Source: Macrostomum lignano
Lineage: Eukaryota
Assembly: GCA_002269645.1 (NCBI GenBank)
Contig: NIVC01001854.1
Span: 1 to 64,000, forward strand
Direction: 5' to 3'
DNA: 64,000 nucleotides
Shown here: piece after piece, positions 45,201 through 57,439 of the stretch
Layout of the letters: the number at the start of each line of letters is the position of its first letter
How positions within the stretch are numbered: position 1 is the first letter of the stretch
Made by a program: the position numbers and the translations under genes
The notes under the pieces: generated by a model
The model's input: the letters and a program-made list of their open reading frames with translations, nothing else
What the model was told of the DNA's origin: nothing
Databases searched by the model: none

Positions 45201-48200
45201 CGTGACCCTCACGGACATGAACGAACGCTATGAGCGCGCTTGCAATTGGCTGCGCCAGCTGTCATCGTCCGAGGGCGTTACTGTGGCCAGCAGCATGATT
45301 GGCCCATTTCCCGAACTGGCCCAGACGGTTCTCCGGGACATCCAGCTGCAGGACATCTGGGCGGCGCTGACGTCTGAGCTGACAGCCTTGGAGAACGAGA
45401 TTGTCGGCCAGGCTCTGCAGGTAAATATGGGTTTTGAATTATGAATGCGCTGATTAGTCACAAAGTACAGTACAGTATCAATGAACATTAACGAATGTAT
45501 AGATTGTAGCTTTTATACTTTAAAACACCACTTCAGATCATGGCGACACACATGCTTGTGTTGCTAGAGAGAGAGGTGCGTGACCACCTGCCTGGGGGCA
45601 CTCTGCGGCAGCTCACGCCAGAAGTTGCCCAGCTTGTCTCATCTGCGCCTAAGGACAACGTAGCAGTCGAGCGAGGCTTCGGGATGCTGGATAAGTGCGT
45701 CGCAGACAGGCCCAACATGCGCCCTCTTGCGCGCGAGTCGCTTGTGCTCTTCGGCTATAACTGCACGTCCGAGTGGCTGGCCGACAAGACGGAGCGCGAG
45801 AAGGACCTCCTTCTTACCAGGGCACGGAAGCTGGTCCCTCAGCTCGAAAAGCGAGGGAAGGAGAGCGCCGACGCCTTGCGCAGCTGCCGCCAGGAGATTC
45901 TCCGCGCCAAGCTAGCTGAAAAGCAGCGCAAGAAGGACTCGAACGCCGAGAGCATCCGATCCATTCTCCGTGTCATCGAGGCCTACGGCGGACTCTGGCC
46001 AACCATCTCCAGGATGGACGCTGTGCTGCACCAACTAGCCCCTGACCAGCACGAGAAGGCCATCAAAGCACAGCTGCAACTGCACAAAGCGACCAGTACG
46101 TGTGGGCAGAAAAATGTGTCTGTTTGCTCACTGCTTAGCATGAAAATTATGTTTCATGTAATATTTTGTAGAGATCCACCTGCCCAAGGACAAGGCCAGC
46201 CTGCTCAACTTCTCCGCGGCTGGTGTCAAGCGCAGTGTGCCTCAACTGCGAAGCCAACTGCGTGAAGTTCTGCAGATAGTGGAACTACAGGACCAGCAAA
46301 AGGGTGCCGATGCGCCCACCGTGCCTCCGTCCGGCCTCCTGGATGCTCGCGAGCGCAAGGAGCGAGTCCGCACTGCCATTGCTGACAGGCTGCAGCGTCG
46401 TCAACGGATTCAAGATGCAGGAGCTGTGGCTGCTCAAGCTGGGCCTGGCCTTGGTGGACGAGGCGGCGGTCGCGGACGCGGACGAGGTCGAGGTCAAGGA
46501 CGAGGTCGAGGTCAAGGACGAGGTCGAGGTCAAGGAGGAGGACGAGGTCAAGGAGGAGGACGAGGACGAGGACGAGGAAGAAGACACGAGGATGAGGGCG
46601 ACGCCATTGACGAGACCACCAATCAGCGGACGCTGGCCAACCTCCCCGATCTGGTGAGCAGAAGAATCGAGATGAAGTTCTGCTTCACAGATGGGGAGGA
46701 CTGGATACCAGGCCACGTCCTCCAGCGACTGCCATCAACCTGCCAGAGCAGGGACATTCTCAGCCAGGAGTTCAAGGTTGTGTTCGATGATTTTGAAGGG
46801 GAGTACACCTATGACCTCAACAAGGACTACCTGGCTGGCGAATTGAATGTTCTCTCTGATGACGATGACGATTATGATGATGATGATGACTAAGTGTATT
46901 CATTGTTTAACAAAGTTTTTCAAGCACAGCTTGGTCTGTTCACAAAACGTAGTTGCCTGAGATTCATATTATGTACTATCTCCCACACAGATTAGCACCT
47001 AGGCTAGTATTTGCATGTTAAGTCTTCAGAGTTTGCACCCAAAATAATCACTCATTATTACAATGAAGAATCTAGCTAACTCAGTAGCTGCATAAGTCAG
47101 AAGACATTCAAACAAAATGGCTGCTTTTCAATGCCATATAAAAAATCACCTACCTGCTTTTATTGCACAGGCATAAACCTATTGCAACAGTTCCACGGTA
47201 CTCTGTACCATACATACCATACATTTTTGAGAGTTTGCATCGTTGACCAGACGAATGCCAGGGGTCGCTTGTTGGGATCACTATGCTGGGGTCTGATATC
47301 CAGCAGCTTTCCAACGGAAGCCTCTCATATGACCCCCATGTACAATGTGTACATAGAATAGAAGAGTACACATCTTGAAGACAGCAGTTGTAATGGTTAT
47401 CATGGAAATGAATTTCAAGACAGTGTGTATTGACTTCATAGTGCAATTAACTTACAAAATACAGTTTAAAAATGTTCATTTTTCCTACTAATAAGGTGAC
47501 GATGCAATTGCATTTGCACTGAAAGTCATAGTTACTCCTGCCGTTTACCTGAATCTCGCTGAAACATATTGATGCTCATATTTCTAAGTGCGCGGTCAGT
47601 TGTCAGAAGGAACTTTCATTCCTCACACTTGTCATGCAATTATGTATGAAAGTCAATATCAACTGTATTTGTGCGTCTCTTTTTTTCTCAAAAAAAATAA
47701 AAAATATATTTTAAATAGACATTTACTTTGATTTTACTATGATCTTTGAATCAACTTAGTAGCAATGCGCGACTAGGTAATCCCAAACGGTTTTCTGCAT
47801 GTCCTTCCACTTGCAACAAAGAATAAAGAAATTTACATTTGAATTCCGTGCAGCAATCGGATGATACAAAGAAATCGAAGAAAAAAATTTGGACTACCCC
47901 TGTAGGCAACAGGGAATATTTTTTTCTTCTGAAATTTACATAAAATGATACTTAATTATGCCTAGATTGCTTTTATATTGATTATTTTTGTTTAAAACGG
48001 TCATTTCGTTATTAAAAATTAGACTTTCCAAAGTCACGATTTTTACCGTAAAATAGGCTTCATTTTGCATGGGAATGCAAAAATGATGAAACTTTAACTG
48101 TCCATAACTTTGTCTCTGATCGACTTTAGAAGCTGTTTGAGCACTCATTTTGAAGTACATTTATTGTGCTTTTTATTGTGTATTTCAGTTTTTACACAGT

Positions 48201-48300
48201 CATATTTTTTCTATCTTAGTTTTCTGTTTGAAGTAGGTGCTAAATGTACGTTTTTTCTAGTTTCAACCACGCTACTCGGAGCTCGCCGGAGTCTCTATTA
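42250..48300 (+). mobile_element. Putative autonomous DDE DNA transposon (~6 kb), superfamily unassigned (CxxH group: hAT/P/MULE/Kolobok-like)
   Basis: Imperfect inverted ends (TATTAGTAGGGACTCCAGTGAG at 42247-42268 vs reverse complement of 48282-48303, 16/22) around an intact transposase gene; boundaries provisional. Confidence 0.55.
43011..46893 (+). CDS. DDE transposase-like protein, 1171 aa, 4 exons, with C-terminal RG repeat, Spindlin-like Tudor domain and acidic tail
   Basis: Exons 43011-44228, 44404-45420, 45537-46095, 46172-46893 (GT-AG, 3516 nt, open). Candidate catalytic residues HDATSKK, MTDRH, FCGMH (CxxH), NVAVERGF; N-terminal coiled coil. Confidence 0.85.
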
Positions 48301-48698
48301 TTAGGGCCTATTGGTATATTAATTATTCCATTTTTTGTCATATCTAAGAAACGAAGACAAGAAAAGACATAATTAATTTGTAAAGACTGACAAACATAAA
48401 ATAGGTTTGAAGCTTTTCATTTTCCTACTGAATCTATCTGGTTTTGGAATCAGAATTATTCTGGTTCTAGACTAGAACCAATTTTTGTCAAAAGCCTAAT
48501 TATCATGGCAGTGCTTATCCCCACAGGACCGTAGGAATAATTTGTCTTATTCCAACAGTACCGTGGGGATAATCTTCTGCTTAGGGGGGCCTATCCGCAT
48601 GGCACACTGACAAGATAGCTGTCCCATCTTCTACATAGGCCTATGCCATGGGAATAATTTTCTGCTTATCCGCATAGCACACTGACAAGATAGCTGCC

Positions 48699-48988
48699 GG
48701 CAATGGCTAGAGTTCTTGCACCGGAACCTGTTTTCTAATGGCTATGGATCCGGCAGTGCCTTATAGGAGCATATAAAAAACAACTAAGAACATATCTTTA
48801 GAAGTCTGAATATTAGAAGCATCTCGTTTCGAATTTTATCATATCATTGTAAATCTTATCTAGAACAAAATCTCAACATCAGCCACCTGTAGAAAGAAAA
48901 ACAGAATGTTCCAACTATATTATAATAGCACTGCCAGATCCATGGCCTTTAGAACATGGGTTCCGGTGCCAGAACTCTAGCCATTACC
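48699..48988. mobile_element. MULE-type MITE, 290 bp
   Basis: ~65-bp TIRs beginning GG(C/T)AATGGCTAGAGTTCT; perfect 9-bp TSD ATAGCTGCC. Confidence 0.88.
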
Positions 48989-49089
48989 ATAGCTGCCCTA
49001 TTTTCTACATATGCTGTAGGAATAATTTTCTGCTTATCCACACAGCACACTGACAAGATAGCTGCCCTATCTTATCTTCTACATATGCC

Positions 49090-49558
49090 CCATAGTCCGG
49101 ATCATGGCAGGGTATATGCCAAACTAAAAGTTTAAAACTTGATGGATCCACTGTTTGTATACTAATATATGCCAAATTTTTTCTGCTTTCCTTAATTATA
49201 CATCACTTACTGTAAGTATAGTAATAACTAGCAAGTAACTGCAATCAAGTAAAATATATATTATGCCTCTAGTAGCAGGTTTTATTAGAATATTAAAATT
49301 ATTCAATAGAACAATAGATAAGAATATATTTTGTTAAAGTGAATAAATTTCAAACATAAATTCCATTTTTTAAATTATTGTGCAAATTCCTAAAAAATAC
49401 TGATATTTATGGATATTACATTGCAAGTTACAATAGCCACTTATGCCAATAGGTAGGGCCCAATTTTTTGGTTGTATGCCAATGTATGCCAATAGGGTTA
49501 GCAAGGAGTGACTATATGCCAAATTAATTTGGCATACAGGCCATGATCCAGACTATGG
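49090..49558. mobile_element. MITE with ~30-bp TIRs (CCATAGTCCGGATCATGGC...)
   Basis: The right end ATGATCCAGACTATGG is the reverse complement; degraded 8-bp TSD CATATGCC / CATATTCT; internal TATGCCAA repeats. Confidence 0.65.
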
Positions 49559-52315
49559 CATATTCTGTGGGTTCATAATTTAGTTTAGTACTTACGGTTT
49601 AAGTGCAGTTTAACAACATAACTTTGCTTGGCCATTAGTTTTATAGAAGTAAATATTTAATGGTGTTTTTATGCAAACAACACTTTTTTATATTTATGAC
49701 ATGTGATTTAAGGTAAATTGCTCTAGTAATTGTTTATAATTTCAATTTTTAGCAACTAGTCTAATCCTGAGATCCCCAAAAAGTCCATTGCCACTTCTGT
49801 AGACTTCTACAAGACATGTAAATTTCCAATTTGTTTGTATAGATTATTGCATTGCTTCAACAATTTGCCCTATCTCATCAGTGTGCCATGCAGATAAGCA
49901 GAAAATTATCCCCATGGTACCATTAGAATAAGACAGAAATTATTCCTATGGTACCATGGGGATAAGCACTGCCAATTATCATTAGGAAATGCTTATCCCC
50001 ATGGTCCCATGCCAATAATTCCAATTTTATCCTCATAGATCTGTGATGATTATTCCCAGCTTATCCCCATGGCATGACAGCTTATTGAAATAGAAAACCT
50101 TAAAATGAATCTGTTCAAAAACTAAAACTGTCTTTTTGCTTTTACTGTTTTACAAATCTTCCAAATAAACAACTGAATACTGAATAGCATCAAGTACTTT
50201 CTTAAAACTTTTTCATCATTAAAAAGGTTAATTTTAAATATTCATTTTGCTAAATAAACAACCCTAAGATTGAGGCAAATAAGACTTGCAAAATTAAAAA
50301 TTCAAAATGAATGAATAATGATAATAATACTGATAATAATGACAATATTGATTTAACATCAGTACACTATACTACACAACTCACACCTTTAGTTTCAAAC
50401 AATATACCTGACAATGTACCTTGGTATGCAAAATGCTTAAAAAACTATATGTTGATTTTTGGCTTTCTCTTTATTTTAATTGCCAAGCAAGCCACTTTAC
50501 CTGACTTTCAATAATAAAGTATAATATAACAAAATATTTTTATTTTATAAACAATATTCGGATAGTGAGCTTTGAATTGAGTATGATCTATAAGCTAGTA
50601 TAATATATTTGCTTTTTGTATACTAAGTATTCAGTATGAGCTTTAGAAAAAGCAATCCTTTGAGTTATATGAGTTATATATTAGTTATATAATATTTTTG
50701 AGTTTGAATTAGTTAACATAGTGCCCCTAAGCACTAGATAAAGCAATTAATAGATAAGTAAATGAAGTAATAGCTAGATATGTAGATAAAGCAATAAAAA
50801 AGCAAATAAAATTAGCAATATATATATTGCTAATATATATAGAACAATAAATAAAGTAGAGTAGTAACAAAGCTTATTTGACTAATGCTAGCTAAATAAA
50901 CATTACTTTTTATTATTTACCAAATTTTTGTACATTGATCCAATAAATGCCAAGAGGCTTTGTCAACTCTCAGTTATATCATCTCTGCTTTAGTCTATAA
51001 CTATTGGATAATGATTTTTTCTTGTTTTGTAATTTTCATTATTGATCTTATACATTGATTGCAAATGGCATTAACCTACTTACCAACAAACAATTTTTAT
51101 TATAATGGATTTATAGATTCCATTTCATACAACGTATACATTGATAACAAATTGTTTATGTATCATTATGTAGTAACAATTCTAATTTGCTTTTGTTATG
51201 CTTTGCTGTGTGCTAAAATTTTGGTGAGCTTTTGTTATATGCCAACTTTTGCACACTTACTGTTTATATGTGCTAAATAAGATATGCAATATTGTGTTGC
51301 ATGGCCTATGTATTTCATTATGAGTGCAAGCATACATGCACAACAATTGGCCGATCCGGCCGACCGATTTAGTGGCCAACCAAGGAAGTCGCAAAAAATG
51401 CCCACCCGAAAAAACACCCAAGTAGTAGCACTAAGTAGCTGATGAGACATTTTGGCTTAATAAGACAGTTATAATTACTCCTGCCATTTACCCAAAGTTG
51501 TGTTAATTTTGCTTTAGGGTTTTTTTACATGTAAGTCGCATTTTTGGCCAAAAACTACGTCACATTTTTGTTAAAACTAAGTTGCATGGCCAACTGAATT
51601 TTGGAGGTTGCGCATGTATGAGTGCAAGACAGACTTTAGACATTAGCATATTAAGCCTCCATGGGAGCATTTGAATTCAAGATCCAAATATTGAAAGCAT
51701 AAAAAAATGTTTTTTTTAATATTTGACCCTCTTCTAAATCTATTTTTCATTGTTTGAAATTTTATATATTCTTAGCAACATTAAAAAAATTGCCACTCTA
51801 TGCATCCGGGAGAAATTTCTCTTGGACTATTCTGAAATAAAATATATGAGAAAATGCTCGCCACACCAAGAGTCATAAAACTCCTTTAGCTTAATTGTGG
51901 TGAATTAATTTAGAAACAGAATGCCCATTAAAGCATTAAAAAAATCGTTTTTCGAATATTTGACCCACTTTCCATTCGATTTTTTCATCAAAAAAGTTAT
52001 GCATGATCCCCGAAAAAACTAGAATTTTTTAAAGCAAATTTGAAAAAAAAAATCGGCCAGACAGTTCTCAAAAAATCAACTACAAACAAACTGACAGACA
52101 AACAGCGCAAAATTAGTAAATAGAATTATGGACAAGCAATCAAGCAAGCATACAAACCTTAGAGATTTAGTATATTTAGATTGAATTTCAGAATTTCAGT
52201 AGTAAATTTGACAAAATTTATTTCATACTTTATTAAACTAAACTAAACTTATTTAGCAGCACAACCGAAACACACTACTTACAGTGTTGATAAATAAATT
52301 TCTTCAGCCGCCTAC

Positions 52316-55300
52316 ATGACAGACGCTGACTCAGAATTGCCTCTGATGCGGGACTCTACAGCGGCCAATGATGATGTTAACAATGGTTCCAGCGCATCGG
52401 AGCCAATTGCATCAGCTGTGCCTGAGGCAGCCGACGGGCTAGCAGAAACAGTGCCTGTTGTTGACAAAGCAATTCAACAAGTTGGCGATGATCAAGGTTC
52501 AGCTGCAGCAGCTGATAAACACACAGCAGACACCGCTGAACAGGAACTGGAGGGTGAGGAGTCTGCTGCGACATTCGATAGCCACCAGACAGAGGACAGT
52601 AGCGCCGTTGACGACAGCGCCGCCTCAGCTAACGCTGCTGAGGCTGCCATCGAGGAGCCAGCAGCGAAATTGGCTCGACTAAGTCCAACTGCTGGGGAGA
52701 AGACGCCAGAGCAGTGCAGCAATGGTATGTTGGACTCTGGCGAGTCTAAGACTGCGACAACAGCGTCTGGCGATGTGGCGCTGCCTTCGACATCTGTGGA
52801 AGCTGCGAAGGCAGATAAAGTTCTGGCGGATGGTTCTGAGGAGCCAGCTAAAACGGTTCGCTTATATGCTTTAATTTATTGGGTTTCATTAGTGGTGTCA
52901 AGACTAAGGCAGAGTGAGTGGCAGCAACATCTGTTAGACTTGAGAAATTTCTAATAACTGATGCTAAATTTGGAGGTGTGATATAAACAGGTGTGAGATT
53001 CCGGGTAATGGGATATAAACAGGTGTGAGATTCAGGTTAGTAGGATCCCGGTATTAACAGGTGTGAGATTCCAGGTAATTGGATATTAACAGGTGTGATA
53101 TTCCAGGTAATTGGATATTAACAGGTGTGAGATTCCAGTTAGTGGGATATTAACAGGTGTGAGATTCCAGTTCCAGATTCCAGTGGGATATTAACAGGTG
53201 TGAGATTCAGGTAATGGGATATTAACAGATGTGGGATTCTGGTTAGTGGGATCCCGGTATCAACAGGTGTAAGATTCCAGGTATGGCATATTAATTAGTG
53301 CTAAAGTGAATTGAAAATTGCATTAGACGGAATAGGAAGCTTTTAAAATAATTATAAAATATCGCAGATGTCAATGAGATGATGGCATCATAATTGCAGG
53401 CCGATGAGGCAGCATCCCAGCCTCCAGCCCAGGATAAAGAGCAGCAGCCAACAAAATTCCTTGGCTCGGCAATGACTGGCCTGGATGACATCCTAGCCAA
53501 CACTGAGAGCATCGATGTTGAGCAGTACCAGGCTCATCACGCGCCAAGGAAGCTGCCTCCGCCGCCGCCCCCGCCGCCCGCTCCGCCAGTTCACCCTGCC
53601 CACCATCAGCAGCAGCAGCACCATCAGCAGCATCATCAGCAGCAGCAGCAGCAGCAGCTTCATCAGCAGCAACTGCAACAACAGCAGCAGCAGCATCCGC
53701 AGTACAGAATGCCTATGTATGCTCAGGCGCAAAGTTATTTTCCCCAGCAACAACAGCAGCAGCAGCAGCAGCAGCAACATCTGGCCCACTTCCAGCAGCA
53801 ACAGCACATCCAGCAGCAGCAGCAGCAGCAGCAGTCGCAGCAACAGCAACAGCAGAAGCAGACTTGCCCGCACTGCAACAAGTCCTACTCAAGCAAGTGG
53901 TCGCTGCGCTCTCACATTCGCTCGGTTCATGCGCCCCAGCGAGAGCAGCAGCAGCAGCAGCCGCAGCAGCAACAGCAGCAGCACCACTTGCAGCAGCAAC
54001 AACAGCAGCAGCAGCAACAATTGCTGCAACAGCATCAGCAGCATCTTCAGCAGCAGCAGCATCAGCAGCACCTGTTCAATCAGGCTGCCGTAGCAGCAGC
54101 GGCCGCTAGGAAGCGTCACTGGACACCGCCTGAGCTGGGCGGCGGCCCCGGGGTCAGCACCGGGCCTGGCGGTGTTGTCGGCATACCCGGCCGAGATTTT
54201 CTCGACGAAGTGCTGGAAGACATTCAGAGCATGCAGGACCGGGAGCGGGTGCCAGTGCCGCCTGGCTTCGGGGCGTCGCAGGCTCTGCTAGCTTCGTACT
54301 ATGCTGGGGCGCCTATGCGCACCAGTACAGACCGCCCGGCTTTCCTCCGGGTCCGTACGGTCCAGCCTGGACTGCCATGGCTGCTCACCCGCAGCAGCAG
54401 CAGCATCAGCAGCAGCAGCAACAGCCGGCGCAGTTGCCTCCACCGCCTCCGATGCAGCCGCAGCCAACTCAAGTGACATCATCGTCTGCCACCTCGGTTG
54501 TGCCTTCATCGTCTTCGGCGGCCGCGGCTGCAGCGGCAGCCGCCGCAGCTGCGGCAGCTTCAAATTGGGACGCTTACGGAGCCGGTTCTTCAACTGCAGC
54601 GTTTGAGTACTTGAGGAATCAACTTTCCGGGGATGCCGGTATGTTGGGTTGGGAGAATGAAAGATATTCTGATTGGCTAAGAGATGAATCAGCTTCTGAT
54701 TGGCTGAGAGATGAATCAGCTTCTGGTTGGCTGAGAGATGAATCAGCTTCTGATTGGCTGAGAGATGAATCAGCTTCTGATTGGCTGAGAGATGAATCAA
54801 TTCTGATTGCCTGAGAGATGAATCAGCTTCTGATTGGCTGAGAGATGAATCAGCTTCTGATTGGCTGAGAGATGAATCAGCTTCTGATTGGCTGAGAGAT
54901 GAATCAGCTTCTGATTGGCTGAGAGATGAATCAATTCTGATTGCCTGAGAGATGAATCAGCTTCTGATTGGCTGAGAGATGAATCAGCTTCTGATTGGCT
55001 GAGAGATGAATCAGCTTCTGATTGGCTGAGAGATGAATCAATTCTGATTGCCTGAGAGATGAATCAGCTTCTGATTGGCTGAGAGAATGAATCAATTCTG
55101 ATTGGCTGAGAGATTGATCCGAGTCTGATTGGCTGAGAGATAGATCCGATTCTTATTGGCTGACAAAATGAATCGGATTCTGATTGGCTGAGAGACAGAT
55201 CCGATTCTGGTTAGGCACTTCAGTCTGAGACACAATAGAAACCAACCCTTATTGTTCCGCAGCTGGCGCCTATCAGCAGGCGTTCGGTCCGGCGGCCGCC

Positions 55301-55453
55301 GCAGCCGCCGCAGCAGCGGCCGTAAGCAGCGCTTCTGCAGCCAATGGCTACACGGCAGCAATTCAGCAGCAGCAATTGCAGCAACAGCAGCAGCAACAGC
55401 AACAGCAGCAGCAGCAGCAGCAGCAGCTCAATGCGACTCATTATCCTTATTAA
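52316..55453 (+). CDS. PolyQ/polyA-rich protein with a single C2H2 zinc finger (putative transcription factor), ~656 aa, 3 coding exons, one apparent 1-bp deletion
   Basis: Exons 52316-52855, 53400-54638, 55263-55453; finger CPHCNKSYSSKWSLRSHIRSVH; the frame must change at the GGGG run 54306-54309 to keep the Q/P/A-rich sense and reach the GTATGT donor in the right phase. The first donor (GTTCGC) is weak. Confidence 0.75.
52972..53290. repeat. ~31-bp degenerate minisatellite (GGATATTAACAGGTGTGAGATTCCAGGTAAT) in zinc-finger gene intron 1
   Basis: ~10 variable copies. Confidence 0.88.
54665..55200. repeat. 27-bp minisatellite (GATTGGCTGAGAGATGAATCAGCTTCT) in zinc-finger gene intron 2
   Basis: ~20 copies, degenerate at the right end. 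Confidence 0.95.
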
Positions 55454-57439
55454 ACTCGACGACTTGATAACGTTTAATTATTTATCAACTTCATGAACTG
55501 TGTGTGTCACTGGTAAGCCTAATTTTTTGCACTTTTCATTGCCTCTTTAATAATAATATTAATAATAATAAATATAAATATGATTTGCATGTTCTACTAA
55601 TATAGTTATTGTTACTATATAATTATTATAACAAAATTTGGCAGCTCATGCTCTATATTAAATATTTACCGAGTTATTTATTGCTATATTTCTGTGTACA
55701 AAGTTCACTGCTGTCTGGCCAGTTACTCCCTGCGGTCGCCTATTGTTCCCCAAACACATTTCATATCTTCAGTGCTGACTTGAACAGGTTTTTTTTTCTA
55801 ATTGTTAGCAGCGAGGGGCCGCCGACTGCAGTTTTCTGTCTGCTTTTTTGTTTTGTTTGTCAAACTGATTTTGAAGTGTCTGTTTTTTCCCACCAAACTT
55901 TTATGTATAATTATTGATTTATTGGTAATGATGACACTGATTTGTAAATATAACTTACTTAATTGCCTAGAGATGTGCGGTAGTTAACTTTTTTTTAATA
56001 AAAAATCTGCTTTGTCAAATTCACCTTTCTTTGAAATTTTTCTAGATTTTCCCTATTTATTTATAGCACCGATATGTAGCTTATTGCACTACTGACTTCA
56101 TTAATTAGCAGTAGGCAGATGTGCGGACGTCTTTTTTTATTAATTTTTTTGGTTAGAGTAAAACAAATTCACTAGATATACACTACATTGGCTGCATTAA
56201 AATATTATTAACTGCTGAAATCCAGTGTTGTCCATCAGTTGTTTTTGTAATAGCATCTTCCAGCTTGCAGGCCTAATAATTGAACTGAATAAAACTTTGA
56301 GCAGATTTGTGCGTGTGAACTTTATGCTACTATTAGTAATAACTATTTGTCCAACCCTCCTCCCTTTTCCTGATTGCGTCGACTCGCTCAAACATTGACT
56401 AACTGATTAGAACTTTGTGTATAATAATGCTTTATTGTTTCTTGTTTTCATTTCTTGTGCGTTTTTTTCTTAAATTTTGTTTTGTATGAAATCGACTTTG
56501 AAAAAGACAGAGGAAGCAGAGCTGATGAAGTTTGCCCGTGGAATACTGAAATGCTCTTAATTTCCTTGTTAATTCTGTTAGTTCTGTATTTTCACTGTAC
56601 GAGTATATAAAGACCTACCTTACGAAACTGATCTCTCTCTCTCTCTCTCTCTTTAATCATCACGTTTTGTTTAAACATTTGATAAACAACTAATTAAGTA
56701 AAATTTTATAAACTTTGAACCGGCTATGTTCGTCCCTGTTTTATCGACCCAGGTTCCTAATAATATTATGACTTGAACTGATAAATTTTTTTAAAAATAC
56801 GAGCGTAATCAAAATTTCAACTGGAGCAAATCTGCTGTCTTTTAGTGCGCGCGATCTTCAGTTATCAAAAAGTGTTTTCTTGTACATAGATTTAGGGATT
56901 TTTTTCGTTTTGCTCTTTATTCATAAGCCTCACTTTTTCCTGTATTTTATTCTCCGCATCTTCTAGCTCTTTAATGCCGCCTTCATGCGTGAATATTATT
57001 AAAGAGTGGAAGTGTTTAACTATTACTGTAGTAATTTGCCTACTTTTGCACCCGATTTTGCTAACAAAAAAATCCCCATGCTCCCCCATGGACAATAAAA
57101 TGGCTTGACACTTCCTTCTATTGGTACGTTTTTCCCATCAATAAAAATTTTTTTTAATTTTCAAACCATATTTACACCAAACAAATTTTTGGCTACTTTG
57201 GTTGTAAAAGCACTGAAGCGAAAACCGTCATTAAATAATGCCAATGCCTGCTAGTTCTTGTGCTTTGTCTGATTCTTTTTATTTATCAAAAAGGTTTTAA
57301 GTTTTAAGTAGCTAGTCGGCTTGATAATCCTTCTTATGTTGCATTGGTTAAAGCAGTCTTCAAACAACATCGCTTGCAGATGGCAAGTATACTCGTACGT
57401 GTTCACATCACGGATCAAAGAAAGAGCTGGATAGCTGCA

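Larger units (their letters stand above)
48495..49986. mobile_element. Foldback-like element with ~125-bp inverted arms hosting two nested MITEs
   Basis: CCTAATTATCATGGCAGTGCTTATCCCC...CACACTGACAAGATAG at the left is mirrored at ~49865-49986; no clear TSD. Confidence 0.6.

Noticed and set aside
54639-54814. SDWLRDESA-repeat C-terminus
   Set aside because: Read-through into the 27-bp intronic repeat past a strong GTATGT donor; a compatible final exon exists at 55263.
53493-55467. Poly-Leu, poly-Ser and poly-Ala ORFs
   Set aside because: Alternate frames or antisense of CAG-rich polyQ exons.
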